Assembly (NCBI GenBank): GCA_964035545.1
Contig: OZ037767.1
Span: forward strand, 18,010,259 to 18,074,258
Source of the DNA: Bugula neritina
Lineage: Eukaryota > Animalia > Bryozoa
Direction: 5' to 3'
DNA length: 64,000 bases
The notes under the pieces were generated by a model that worked only from the letters and a program-made list of their open reading frames with translations, had not been told where the DNA came from and made no database searches. Every line of letters begins with the position of its first letter. Within the stretch, counting starts at the first letter, position 1. A program made the position numbers and the translations under genes. Positions 45,601 through 63,100 of the stretch are shown piece after piece.

Positions 45601-48600
45601 TGCAACATACTGCAACATACTGAAATACGCTGTAACTTATTGAAATACACTGCAACACATTGAAATATACTGCAACACACCGAAACATACGGCAACATAC
45701 TGAAATATGATGTAGCATACTGAAATACACCGCAACACACTGAAGTATACTGTAATATACAGAAATGTACTGTAACTCACTGAAATATAGTGTAATCAAC
45801 GGAAATGTACTGTAACATACTGGAACATACTGAAACATACTAAAATATACTGGAGCATACCGAAACGTACTGCAACATACTGAAATATACTGCGAGATAC
45901 TGCAACATACTGAAATACACCGTAACATACTGAAATACACTGCAACATACTGCAACATACTACAACATACTGCAACATACTGCAACATACTGAATTACAG
46001 TGTAACATATTGAAATACACTGCAATACATTGAAGTATACTGCAACACACTGAAACATAATGCAACATACGGAAATATACCGCAACATATCAAAGTGTAT
46101 CGTAGTGTACGGACATGTACTGTAACATACTGAAACATACTGAAACATACTAAATAATACTGAAACATACCGGAACATACTGCAACATAATGAATTATAC
46201 TGTACCACACTGAAATATATGGCAAAATACTGAAATACACTGCAACAAATTGAAGTATACTGCAACACACTGAAGTTTACTGTAATATACAGAAATGTAC
46301 TGTAACAAACTGAAACATACGTCAACATACTGAAATACACTGCCACATACTGAAATATACTGCAACATACTGAAATTTACTGCAACATACTGAAATACAC
46401 TGCCACATACTGAAATACACTGCAACATACTGACTTATACTGACATACACTGGAACATATTGAAATACACTGCAACAAATTGAAGTATACTGCAACACAC
46501 TGAAACAGACGTGAACATGCTGAAATATACAGCGAAACACTGAAGTATACTGTAACATACTGCAATATACTGAAATACAATGCAAGATACTGCAACATAC
46601 TGAAATACACAGTGACATACTGAGATACACTGCAACATATTGCAACATACTGAAATACGCTGTAACTTATTGAAATACACTGCAACACATTGAAATATAC
46701 TGCAACACACCGAAACATACGGCAACATACTGAAATATGATGTAGCATACTGAAATACACCGCAACACACTGAAGTATACTGTAATATACAGAAATGTAC
46801 TGTAACAAACTGAAACATACGTCAACATACTGAAATTTACTGTAACATATTGAAACACACTGCAACACATTGAAATATACTGTAACTCACTGAAATATAG
46901 TGTAATCAACAGAAATGTACTGTAACATACTGAAACATACTGAAACATACTAAAATATACTGGAGCATACCGAAACGTACTGCAACATACTGAAATATAC
47001 TGCGAGATACTGCAACATACTGAAATACACTGTAACATACTGAAATACACTGCAACATACTGCAACATACTACAACATACTGCAACATACTGCAACATAC
47101 TGAATTACAGTGTAACATATTGAAATACACTGCAATACAATGAAATATACTGCAACACACTGAAACATACTGCAACATACGGAAATATACTGCAACATAT
47201 CAAAGTGTATCGTAGTGTACGGACATGTACTGTAACATACTGAAACATACTGAAGCATACTAAATAATACTGAAACATACCGGAACATACTGCAACATAA
47301 TGAATTATACTGCACCACACTGAAATATATGGCAAAATACTGAAATACACTGCAACATACTGCATTATACTGACATACACTGGAACATATTGAAATACAC
47401 TGCAACAAATTGAAGTATACTGCAACACACTGAAACATACGGCAATATACTCAAATATACTGCAACACATTAAAATATACTGCAACATACTGAAATATAA
47501 TGCAAGACACTGCAACATACTGAATTACACTGTGACATACTGAGATACACAGCAACATACTGCAACATACTGAAATACACTGTAACATATTGAAAGACAC
47601 TGCAACACATTGAAATATACTGCAACACACCGAAACGTACGGCAACATATTGAAATATGCTGTAGCATACTGAAATACACTGCAACACACTGAAGTATAC
47701 TGTAATATACATAAATGTACTGTAACAAACTGAAATATACTGCAACATACTGAAATATACTGCAACACACTGCAACTTACTGAAATACACTGTAACATAC
47801 TGAAATACACTGCAAAATACTACAACATACTGAAATACACTGTAACACATTGAAATACACTGCAACACATTGATATATACTGCAACATACCGAAATATAT
47901 GGTAAACTACTGAAATATACTGTAAAACATAGAAAAATACTGCAATATACTGAAATATACTGTAACACACTGAAATATACAGCAACATACTGAAATACAC
48001 TGTAACATACTGAAACATACTGCAATATACTGAAATACACTGCAACATACTACAACATTTTGAAATACACTGCAACACATTGAAATATACTGCAACATAC
48101 CTAAATATAAGGTAATATACTGAAATATACTGTAACATACTGAAATATACTGCAAGATACTGCAACATACTGAAATGCACTTTAACATACTGAAATACAC
48201 TGCAACATACTGACTTATAGCCTACTGACATACACTGGAACATATTGAAATACACTGCACCAAATTGAAGTATACTGCAACACACTGAAGTATACTGTAA
48301 TATACAGAAATGTACTGTAACAAACTGAAACATACGTCAACATACTGAAAGACACTGCCACATACTGAAATATACTGCAAATAACTGAAATATACTGCAA
48401 CATACTAAAATACACTGCTACATACTGAAATACACTGTAACATATTGAAATACACTGCAACACATTGAAATATACTGCAACACACCGAAACACACGGCAA
48501 CATACTGAAATATGCTCTAGCATACTGAAATACACTGCAACACACTGAAGTATACTGTAAGATACAGAAATAAACTGCCACATACTGAAATTTACTGCAA

Positions 48601-51600
48601 CATACTGCAACATACTGAAATACACTGTAATATACTGAGTTACACTGCAACATACTGCAACATACTGAAATACGCTGTAACATATTGAAACACACTGCAA
48701 CACATTGAAATATACTGTAACTCACTGAAATATAGTGTAATAAACGGAAATATACTGTAACATACTGAAACATACTGAAACATACTAAAATATACTGGAG
48801 CATACCGAGACGTACTGCAACATACTGAAATATACTGCCAGATACTGCAACATACTGAAATACACTGTAACATACTGAAATACACTGCAACATACTGCAA
48901 CATACTGCAACATACTGAAATACGGTGTAACATATTGAAATTCATTGCAATACATTGAAATATACTGCAACACACTGAATCATACTGCAACATACTGAAA
49001 TATACCGCAACATATCGAAGTATATCGTAATATACGGACATGTACTGTAACATATTGAAACATACTGAAACATACTAAAATATACTGGAACATACCGAAA
49101 CATACTGCAACATAATGAAATATGCTGTACCACGAAATGTACTGTAACATAGTGGAATATACTGTAACACACTGAAATATACTGCAACATATTGAAATAC
49201 ACTGTAACATAATGAAATATACTGCAACATACTGCAACATACTGCAACATACTGAAATACACTGTAACATACTGAAATACATTGCAACATACTACAACAT
49301 AGTGAAATACACTGCAACATACTGAAATATACTGTGACACACTGAAAGAGACTGCAACATACTGAAATACACTGTAATATACTGATATACACTGCAAAAT
49401 ACTGAAATACCCTGCTACATACTGAAATATACTGCAAGATACTGCAACATACTGAAATACAGTGTAACATACTGAAATACACTGCAACGTACTGCATTAT
49501 ACTGACATACACTGGAACATATTGAAATACACTGCAACAAATTGAAGTATACTGCAACACACAGAAACATACGGCAACATAATGAAATATGCTGTAGCAT
49601 ACTGAAATACACTGCAACACACTGAAGTATACTGCAACATACTGAAATATACTGCAACACACTGCAACTTACTGAAATAGACTGTAACATACTGAAATAC
49701 ACTGCAGAATACTACAACATACTGAAATACACTGTAACATGTTGAAATACACTGCAACACATTGAAATATACTGCAACATACCGAAATATATGGTAAACT
49801 ACTGAAATATGCTGTGACACATAGAAAAATACTGCAATATACTGAAACATACTGTAACACACTGAAATATACTGCGACATACTGAAAAACACTGTAACAT
49901 ACTGAAACATACTGCAACATACTGAAGTTTACTGTAATATACAGAAATGTACTGTAACAAACTGAAACATATGTCAACATACTGAAATACACTGCCACAT
50001 ACTGAAATATACTGCAACATACTGAAATTTACTGCAACATACTGAAATACACTGTAACATACTGAAATACACTGCAACATACTGCAACATACTGCAACAT
50101 ACTGAAATACGGTGTAACATATTGAAATTCATTGCAATACATTGAAATATACTGCAACACACTGAATCATACTGCAACATACTGAAATATACCGCAACAT
50201 ATCGAAGTATATCGTAATATACGGACATGTACTGTAACATACTGAAACATACTGAAACATACTAAAATATACTGGAACATACCGAAACATACTGCAACAT
50301 AATGAAATATACTGTACCACGAAATGTACTGTAACATAGTGGAATATACTGTAACACACTGAAATATACTGCAACATATTGAAATACACTGTAACATAAT
50401 GAAATATACTGCAACATACTGCAACATACTGCAACATACTGAAATACACTGTAACATACTGAAATACACTGCAACATACTACAACATAGTGAAATACACT
50501 GCAACATACTGAAATATACTGTGACACACTGAAAGAGACTGCAACATACTGAAATACACTGTAATATACTGATATACACTGCAAAATACTGAAATACCCT
50601 GCTACATACTGAAATATACTGCAAGATACTGCAACATACTGAAATACAGTGTAACATACTGAAATACACTGCAACGTACTGCATTATACTGACATACACT
50701 GGAACATATTGAAATACACTGCAACAAATTGAAGTATACTGCAACACACTGAAACAGACGTGAACATGCTGAAATATACAGCGAAACATTGAAGTATACT
50801 GTAACATACTGCAATATACTGAAATATAATGCAAGATACTGCAACATACTGAAATACACAGTGACATACTGAGATACACTGCAACATACTGCAACATACT
50901 GAAATACGCTGTAACTTATTGAAATACACTGCAACACATTGAAATATACTGCAACACACCGAAACATACGGCAACATACTGAAATATGATGTAGCATACT
51001 GAAATACACCGCAACACACTGAAGTATACTGTAATATACAGAAATGTACTGTAACTCACTGAAATATAGTGTAATCAACGGAAATGTACTGTAACATACT
51101 GAAACATACTGAAACATACTAAAATATACTGGAGCATACCGAAACGTACTGCAACATACTGAAATATACTGCGAGATACTGCAACATACTGAAATACACT
51201 GTAACATACTGAAATACACTGCAACATACTGCAACATACTACAACATACTGCAACATACTGCAACATACTGAATTACAGTGTAACATATTGAAATACACT
51301 GCAATACATTGAAGTATACTGCAACACACTGAAACATAATGCAACATACGGAAATATACCGCAACATATCAAAGTGTATCGTAGTGTACGGACATGTACT
51401 GTAACATACTGAAACATACTGAAACATACTAAATAATACTGAAACATACCGGAACATACTGCAACATAATGAATTATACTGTACCACACTGAAATATATG
51501 GCAAAATACTGAAATACACTGCAACAAATTGAAGTATACTGCAACACACTGAAGTTTACTGTAATATACAGAAATGTACTGTAACAAACTGAAACATACG

Positions 51601-53840
51601 TCAACATACTGAAATACACTGCCACATACTGAAATATACTGCAACATACTGAAATTTACTGCAACATACTGAAATACACTGCCACATACTGAAATACACT
51701 GCAACATACTGACTTATACTGACATACACTGGAACATATTGAAATACACTGCAACAAATTGAAGTATACTGCAACACACTGAAACAGACGTGAACATGCT
51801 GAAATATACAGCGAAACACTGAAGTATACTGTAACATACTGCAATATACTGAAATATAATGCAAGATACTGCAACATACTGAAATACACAGTGACATACT
51901 GAGATACACTGCAACATATTGCAACATACTGAAATACGCTGTAACTTATTGAAATACACTGCAACACATTGAAATATACTGCAACACACCGAAACATACG
52001 GCAACATACTGAAATATGATGTAGCATACTGAAATACACCGCAACACACTGAAGTATACTGTAATATACAGAAATGTACTGTAACAAACTGAAACATACG
52101 TCAACATACTGAAATTTACTGTAACATAATGAAACACACTGCAACACATTGAAATATACTGTAACTCACTGAAATATAGTGTAATCAACAGAAATGTACT
52201 GTAACATACTGAAACATACTGAAACATACTAAAATATACTGGAGCATACCGAAACGTACTGCAACATACTGAAATATACTGCGAGATACTGCAACATACT
52301 GAAATACACTGTAACATACTGAAATACACTGCAACATACTGCAACATACTACAACATACTGCAACATACTGCAACATACTGAATTACAGTGTAACATATT
52401 GAAATACACTGCAATACAATGAAATATACTGCAACACACTGAAACATACTGCAACATACGGAAATATACTGCAACATATCAAAGTGTATCGTAGTGTACG
52501 GACATGTACTGTAACATACTGAAACATACTGAAGCATACTAAATAATACTGAAACATACCGGAACATACTGCAACATAATGAATTATACTGCACCACACT
52601 GAAATATATGGCAAAATACTGAAATACACTGCAACATACTGCATTATACTGACATACACTGGAACATATTGAAATACACTGCAACAAATTGAAGTATACT
52701 GCAACACACTGAAACATACGGCAATATACTCAAATATACTGCAACACATTAAAATATACTGCAACATACTGAAATATAATGCAAGACACTGCAACATACT
52801 GAATTACACTGTGACATACTGAGATACACAGCAACATACTGCAACATACTGAAATACACTGTAACATATTGAAAGACACTGCAACACATTGAAATATACT
52901 GCAACACACGGAAACGTACGGCAACATATTGAAATATGCTGTAGCATACTGAAATACACTGCAACACACTGAAGTATACTGTAATATACATAAATGTACT
53001 GTAACAAACTGAAATATACTGCAACATACTGAAATATACTGCAACACACTGCAACTTACTGAAATACACTGTAACATACTGAAATACACTGCAAAATACT
53101 ACAACATACTGAAATACACTGTAACACATTGAAATACACTGCAACACATTGATATATACTGCAACATACCGAAATATATGGTAAACTACTGAAATATACT
53201 GTAAAACATAGAAAAATACTGCAATATACTGAAATATACTGTAACACACTGAAATATACAGCAACATACTGAAATACACTGTAACATACTGAAACATACT
53301 GCAATATACTGAAATACACTGCAACATACTACAACATTTTGAAATACACTGCAACACATTGAAATATACTGCAACATACCTAAATATAAGGTAATATACT
53401 GAAATATACTGTAACATACTGAAATATACTGCAAGATACTGCAACATACTGAAATGCACTTTAACATACTGAAATACACTGCAACATACTGACTTATAGC
53501 CTACTGACATACACTGGAACATATTGAAATACACTGCAACAAATTGAAGTATACTGCAACACACTGAAGTATACTGTAATATACAGAAATGTACTGTAAC
53601 AAACTGAAACATACGTCAACATACTGAAAGACACTGCCACATACTGAAATATACTGCAAATAACTGAAATATACTGCAACATACTAAAATACACTGCTAC
53701 ATACTGAAATACACTGTAACATATTGAAATACACTGCAACACATTGAAATATACTGCAACACACCGAAACACACGGCAACATACTGAAATATGCTCTAGC
53801 ATACTGAAATACACTGCAACACACTGAAGTATACTGTAAT
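38690..53840. repeat. Higher-order repeat, ~5,279 bp x3 (middle copy lacks 597 bp, first copy net 60 bp shorter)
   Basis: Offsets 5279 (44520/49799 through 48405/53684), 4682 (42769/47451), 4622 (39898/44520) and 9901 (38739/48640) are mutually consistent. Confidence 0.85.
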
Positions 53841-54189
53841 ATACACAAACGTACTGTAACAAACTGAAACATACGTCAACATACTGAAATGTACTGCACG
53901 ATACTGAAATACACTGTAATATACTGAATTACACTGCGACATACTGCAACATACTGAAATACGCTGTAACATATTGAAATACACTGCAACACATTGAAAT
54001 ATACTGTAACTCACTGAAATATAGTGTAATCAACGGAAACGTACTGTAACATACTGAAACATACTGAAACATACTAAAATATACTGGAGCATACCGAAAC
54101 GTACTGCAACATACTGAAATATACTGCGAGATACTGCAACATACTGAAATACACTGTAACATACTGAAATACACTGCAACATACTGCAA

Positions 54190-57100
54190 CACACTGAAAC
54201 ATACTGCAACATATCGAACTGTATCGTAATATACGGACATGTACTGTAACATGCTGAAACATACCGAAACATACTAAAATATACTGGAACATACCTGAAC
54301 ATACTGCAACATAATGAAATATACTGTACCAAACTGAAATATACGGCAAAATACTGGAATATACTGTAACACACTGAAATATACTGCAACATATTGAAAT
54401 ACACTGTAACATAATGAAATATACTGCAACATACTGCAACATACTGCTACATACTGAAATACACTGTAACATACTGAATCACACTGCAACATACTACAAC
54501 ATAGTGAAATACACTGCAATATACTGAAATATACTGTGACACACTGAAAGGGATTGCAACATACTGAAATACACTGTAACATACTGAAATGAACTGCAAC
54601 ATACTGAAATACCCTGCTACATACTGAAATATACTGCAAGATACTGCAACATACTGAAATACAGTGTAACATACTGAAATACACTGCAACATACTGCATT
54701 ATACTGACATACACTGGAACATATTGAAATACACTGCAATAAATTGAAGTATACTGCAACACACTGAAACATACGGCAACATACTCAAATATACTGCAAA
54801 ACATTGAAATATACTGCAACATACTGAAATATAATGCAAGATACTGCAACATACTGAAATACACTGTGCCAAACTGAGATACACTGCAACATACCGCAAC
54901 ATACTGCAACATACTGAAATACACTGTAACATATTGAAATACACTGCAACACATTGAAATATACTGCAACACACCGAAACATACGGCAACATAATGAAAT
55001 ATGCTGTAGCATACTGAAATACACTGCAACACACTGAAATATACTGCAACATACTGAAATATACTGCAACACACTGCAACTTACTGAAATACACTGTAAC
55101 ATACTGAAATATACTGCAGAATACTACAACATACTGAAATACACTGTAACATGTTGAAATACACTGCAACACGTCGAAATATACTGCAACATACCGAAAT
55201 ATATGGTAAACTACTGAAATATGCTGTGACACATAGAAAAATACTGCAATATGCTGAAATATACTCTAACACACTGAAATATACTGCGACATACTGAAAA
55301 ACACTGTAACATACTGAAACATACTGCAACATCCTGAAATACACTGCAACATACTACAACATTTTGAAATATGCTGCAACACATTGAAATATACTGCAAC
55401 ATACCTAAATATATGGTAATATACTGAAATATACTGTAACATACTGAAATACACTGCAACATACTGAAATACAATGCAACATACTGACTTATACTGAAAT
55501 ACGCTGTAACATATTGAAATACACTGCAACACATTGAAATATACTCTAACTCACTGAAATATAGTGTAATATACGGAAATGTACTGTGACATACTGGAAT
55601 ATACTGTAACACAATGAAATATACTTCAACATACTGAAATACGCTGTAACATACTGAAATATACTGCAACCTACAGCAACATACTGAAATATACTGTAAC
55701 TAACTGAAATATATGGTAAACTACTGAAATATACTGTAACACATTGAAAAATACTGCAACACATTGAAATATACTGCAACACACCGAAACATACGGCAAC
55801 ATACTGAAATATGATGTAGCATACTGAAATACACTGCAACACACTGAAGTATACTGTAATATACACAAATGTACTGTAACAAACTGAAACATACGTCAAC
55901 ATACTGAAATGTACTGCACCATACTGAAATACACTGTAATATACTGAATTACACTGCGACATACTGCAACATACTGAAATACGCTGTAACATATTGAAAT
56001 ACACTGCAACACATTGAAATATACCGTAACTCACTAAAATATAGTGTTATCAACGGAAATGTACTGTAACATACTGAAACATACTAAAAGATACTGGAGC
56101 ATACCGAAACGTACTGCAACGTCCTGAAATATACTGCGAGATACTGCAACATACTGAAATACACTGTCACATACTGAAATACACTGCAACATACTGCAAC
56201 ATACTGCAACATACTGAATTACAGTGTAACATATTGAAACACACTGCAATACATTGAAATATACTGCAACACACTGAAACATACTGCGACATACTGAAAT
56301 ATACTGCAACATATCGAACTGTATCGTAATATACGGACATGTACTGTAACATACTGAAACATACCGAAACATACTAAATTATACTGGAACATATCGGAAC
56401 ATACTGCTACATAATGAAATATAGTGTACCAAAATGAAATATACGGCAAAATACTGGAATATACTGTAACACACTGAAATATACTGCAACATATTGAAAT
56501 ACACTGTAACATAATGAAATATACTGCAACATACTGCAATATACTGCAACATACTGAAATACACTGTAACATACTGAAATACACTGCAACATACTACAAC
56601 ATAGTGAAATACACTGCAACATACTGAAATATACTGTGACACACTGAAAGAGATTGCAACATACTGAAATACACTGTAACATACTGAAATACACTGCAAC
56701 ATACTGAAATACCCTGCTACATACTGAAATATACTGCAAGATACTGCAACATACTGAAATACAGTGTAACATACTGAAATACACAGCAACATACTGCATT
56801 ATACTGACATACACTGGAACATATTGAAATACACTGCAACACATTGAAGTATACTGCAACACACCGAAACATACGGCAACATTATGAAATATGCTGTAGC
56901 ATACTGAAATACACTGCAACACACTGAAGTATACTGCAACATACTGAAATATACTGCAACACACTTCAACTTACGGAAATACACTGTAACATACTGAAAT
57001 ACACTGCAGAATACTACAACATACTGAAATACACTGTAACATGTTGAAATACACTGCGACACATTGAAATATACTGCAACATACTGAAATATATGGTAAA

Positions 57101-60100
57101 CTACTGAAAAATGCTGTGACACATAGAAAAATACTGCAATATACTGAAATATACTGTAACACACTGAAATATACTGCGACATACTGAAAAACACTGTAAC
57201 ATACTGAAACATACTGCAACATCCTGAAATACATCGCAACATACTACAACATATTGAAATACTCTGCAACACAGTGAAATATACTGCAACATACCTAAAT
57301 ATATGGTAACATACTGAAATATACTGTAACATACTGAAATATACTGCAAGATACTGCAACATACTGAAATGCACTTTAACATACTGAAATACACTGCAAC
57401 ATACTGCAACATACTGCAACATACTGAATTACAGTGTAACATATTGAAACACACTGCAATACATTGAAATATACTGCAACAGACTGAAACATACGGCAAC
57501 ATACTCAAATATACTGCAACACATTGAAGTATACTGCAACATACTGCAATATACTGAAATATAATGCAAGATACTGCAACATACTGAAATACACTGTGAC
57601 ATACTGAGATACACTGCAACCTACCGCAACATACTGAAATACGCTGTAACTTATTGAAATACACTGCAACACATTAAAATATACTGCAACACACCGAAAC
57701 ATACGGCAACATACTGAAATATGATGTAGCATACTGAAATACACTGCAACACACTGAAGTATACTGTAATATACAGAAATGTACTGTAACAAACTGAAAC
57801 ATACGTCAACATACTGAAATACGCTGTAACATATTGAGACACACTGCAACACATTGAAATATACTGGAACTCACTGAAATATAGTGTAATCAACGGAAAT
57901 GTACTGTAACATACTGAAACATACTGAAACATACTGAAACATACTAAAATATACTGGAGCATACCGAAACGTACTGCAACATACTGAAATATACTGCTAG
58001 ATACTGCAACATACTGAAATACACTGTAACATACTGAAATACACTGCAACATACTGCAACATACTACAACATACTGCAACATACTGCAACATACTGAATT
58101 ACAGTGTAACATATTGAAATACACTGCAACAAATTGGAGTATACTGCAACACACTGAAGTTTACTGTAATATACAGAAATGTACTGTAACAAACTGAAAC
58201 ATACGTCAACATACTGAAATACACTGCCACATACTGAAATATACTGCAACATACTGAAATTTACTGCAACATACTGAAACACGCTGCTACATACTGAAAT
58301 ACACTGCAACATACTGACTTATACTGACATACACTGGAACATATTGAAATACACTGCAACAAATTGAAGTATACTGCAACACACTGAAATATGCTGTAAC
58401 ATATTGAAATACACTGCAACACATTGAAATATACTGTTACTTACTGAAATATAGTGTAATCAACGGAAATGTACTGTAACATGCTGAAACATACTGAAAC
58501 ATACTAAAATATACTGGAGCATACCGAAACGTACTGCAACATACTGAAATATACTGCGAGATACTGCAACATACTGAAATACACTGTAACATACTGAAAT
58601 ACACTGCAACATACTGCAACATACTACAACATACTGCAACATACTGCAACATACTGAATTACAGTGTAACATATTGAAATACACTGCAATACATTGAAAT
58701 ATACTGCAACACACTGAAACATACTGCAACATACGGAAATATACTGCAACATATCAAAGTGTATCGTAATATACGAACATGTACTGTAACATACTGAAAC
58801 ATACTGAAACATACTAAAATATACTGGAACATACCGGAACATACTGCAAAATAATGAAACATACTGTACCACACTGAAATATACGGCAAAATACTGAAAT
58901 ACACTGCAACATACTGCATTATACTGACATACACTGGAACATATTGAAATACACTGCAACAAATTGAAGTATACTGCAATACACTGAAACATACGGCAAT
59001 ATACTCAAATATACTGCAACACAAGAAAATATACTGCAACGTACTGAAATATGATGCAAGATACTGCAACATACTGAAATACACTGTGACATACTGAGAT
59101 ACACAGCAACATTCTGCAACATACTGAAATACACTGTAACATATTGAAACACACTGCAATACATTGAAATATACTGCAACACACTGAAACATACTGCAAC
59201 ATATCGAACTGTATCGTAATATACGGACATGTACTGTAACATGCTGAAACATACCGAAACATACTAAAATATACTGGAACATACCTGAACATACTGCAAC
59301 ATAATGAAATATACTGTACCAAACTGAAATATACGGCAAAATACTGGAATATACTGTAACACACTGAAATATACTGCAACATATTGAAATACACTGTAAC
59401 ATAATGAAATATACTGCAACATACTGCAACATACTGCTACATACTGAAATACACTGTAACATACTGAATCACACTGCAACATACTACAACATAGTGAAAT
59501 ACACTGCAATATACTGAAATATACTGTGACACACTGAAAGGGATTGCAACATACTGAAATACACTGTAACATACTGAAATGAACTGCAACATACTGAAAT
59601 ACCCTGCTACATACTGAAATATACTGCAAGATACTGCAACATACTGAAATACAGTGTAACATACTGAAATACACTGCAACATACTGCATTATACTGACAT
59701 ACACTGGAACATATTGAAATACACTGCAACAAATTGAAGTATACTGCAACACACTGAAACATACGGCAACATACTCAAATATACTGCAAAACATTGAAAT
59801 ATACTGCAACATACTGAAATATAATGCAAGATACTGCAACATACTGAAATACACTGTGCCAAACTGAGATACACTGCAACATACCGCAACATACTGCAAC
59901 ATACTGAAATACACTGTAACATATTGAAATACACTGCAACACATTGAAATATACTGCAACACACCGAAACATACGGCAACATAATGAAATATGCTGTAGC
60001 ATACTGAAATACACTGCAACACACTGAAATATACTGCAACATACTGAAATATACTGCAACACACTGCAACTTACTGAAATACACTGTAACATACTGAAAT

Positions 60101-63100
60101 ATACTGCAGAATACTACAACATACTGAAATACACTGTAACATGTTGAAATACACTGCAACACGTCGAAATATACTGCAACATACCGAAATATATGGTAAA
60201 CTACTGAAATATGCTGTGACACATAGAAAAATACTGCAATATGCTGAAATATACTTTAACACACTGAAATATACTGCGACATACTGAAAAACACTGTAAC
60301 ATACTGAAACATACTGCAACATCCTGAAATACACTGCAACATACTACAACATTTTGAAATATGCTGCAACACATTGAAATATACTGCAACATACCTAAAT
60401 ATATGGTAATATACTGAAATATACTGTAACATACTGAAATACACTGCAACATACTGAAATACAATGCAACATACTGACTTATACTGAAATACGCTGTAAC
60501 ATATTGAAATACACTGCAACACATTGAAATATACTCTAACTCACTGAAATATAGTGTAATATACGGAAATGTACTGTGACATACTGGAATATACTGTAAC
60601 ACAATGAAATATACTTCAACATACTGAAATACGCTGTAACATACTGAAATATACTGCAACCTACAGCAACATACTGAAATATACTGTAACTAACTGAAAT
60701 ATATGGTAAACTACTGAAATATACTGTAACACATTGAAAAATACTGCAACACATTGAAATATACTGCAACACACCGAAACATACGGCAACATACTGAAAT
60801 ATGATGTAGCATACTGAAATACACTGCAACACACTGAAGTATACTGTAATATACACAAATGTACTGTAACAAACTGAAACATACGTCAACATACTGAAAT
60901 GTACTGCACCATACTGAAATACACTGTAATATACTGAATTACACTGCGACATACTGCAACATACTGAAATACGCTGTAACATATTGAAATACACTGCAAC
61001 ACATTGAAATATACCGTAACTCACTAAAATATAGTGTTATCAACGGAAATGTACTGTAACATACTGAAACATACTAAAAGATACTGGAGCATACCGAAAC
61101 GTACTGCAACGTCCTGAAATATACTGCGAGATACTGCAACATACTGAAATACACTGTCACATACTGAAATACACTGCAACATACTGCAACATACTGCAAC
61201 ATACTGAATTACAGTGTAACATATTGAAACACACTGCAATACATTGAAATATACTGCAACACACTGAAACATACTGCGACATACTGAAATATACTGCAAC
61301 ATATCGAACTGTATCGTAATATACGGACATGTACTGTAACATACTGAAACATACCGAAACATACTAAATTATACTGGAACATATCGGAACATACTGCTAC
61401 ATAATGAAATATACTGTACCAAACTGAAATATACGGCAAAATACTGGAATATACTGTAACACACTGAAATATACTGCAACATATTGAAATACACTGTAAC
61501 ATACTGAAATATACTGCAACATACTGCAATATACTGCAACATACTGAAATACACTGTAACATACTGAAATACACTGCAACATACTACAACATAGTGAAAT
61601 ACACTGCAACATACTGAAATATACTGTGACACACTGAAAGAGATTGCAACATACTGAAATACACTGTAACATACTGAAATACACTGCAACATACTGAAAT
61701 ACCCTGCTACATACTGAAATATACTGCAAGATACTGCAACATACTGAAATACAGTGTAACATACTGAAATACACAGCAACATACTGCATTATACTGACAT
61801 ACACTGGAACATATTGAAATACACTGCAACAAAATGAAGTATACTGCAACACACTGAAACATACGGCAACATACTCAAATATACTGCAACACATTGAAAT
61901 ATACTGCAACATACTGAAATATAATGCAAGATACTGCAACATACTGAAATACACTGTGCCATACTGAGATACACTGCAACATACTGCAACATACTGCAAC
62001 GTACTGAAATACACTGTAACATATTGAAATACACTGCAACACATTGAAGTATACTGCAACACACCGAAACATACGGCAACATTATGAAATATGCTGTAGC
62101 ATACTGAAATACACTGCAACACACTGAAGTATACTGCAACATACTGAAATATACTGCAACACACTTCAACTTACGGAAATACACTGTAACATACTGAAAT
62201 ACACTGCAGAATACTACAACATACTGAAATACACTGTAACATGTTGAAATACACTGCGACACATTGAAATATACTGCAACATACTGAAATATATGGTAAA
62301 CTACTGAAAAATGCTGTGACACATAGAAAAATACTGCAATATACTGAAATATACTGTAACACACTGAAATATACTGCGACATACTGAAAAACACTGTAAC
62401 ATACTGAAACATACTGCAACATCCTGAAATACATCGCAACATACTACAACATATTGAAATACTCTGCAACACAGTGAAATATACTGCAACATACCTAAAT
62501 ATATGGTAACATACTGAAATATACTGTAACATACTGAAATATACTGCAAGATACTGCAACATACTGAAATGCACTTTAACATACTGAAATACACTGCAAC
62601 ATACTGCAAAATACTGCAACATACTGAATTACAGTGTAACATATTGAAACACACTGCAATACATTGAAATATACTGCAACAGACTGAAACATACGGCAAC
62701 ATACTCAAATATACTGCAACACATTGAAGTATACTGCAACATACTGCAATATACTGAAATATAATGCAAGATACTGCAACATACTGAAATACACTGTGAC
62801 ATACTGAGATACACTGCAACCTACCGCAACATACTGAAATACGCTGTAACTTATTGAAATACACTGCAACACATTAAAATATACTGCAACACACCGAAAC
62901 ATACGGCAACATACTGAAATATGATGTAGCATACTGAAATACACTGCAACACACTGAAGTATACTGTAATATACAGAAATGTACTGTAACAAACTGAAAC
63001 ATACGTCAACATACTGAAATACGCTGTAACATATTGAGACACACTGCAACACATTGAAATATACTGGAACTCACTGAAATATAGTGTAATCAACGGAAAT

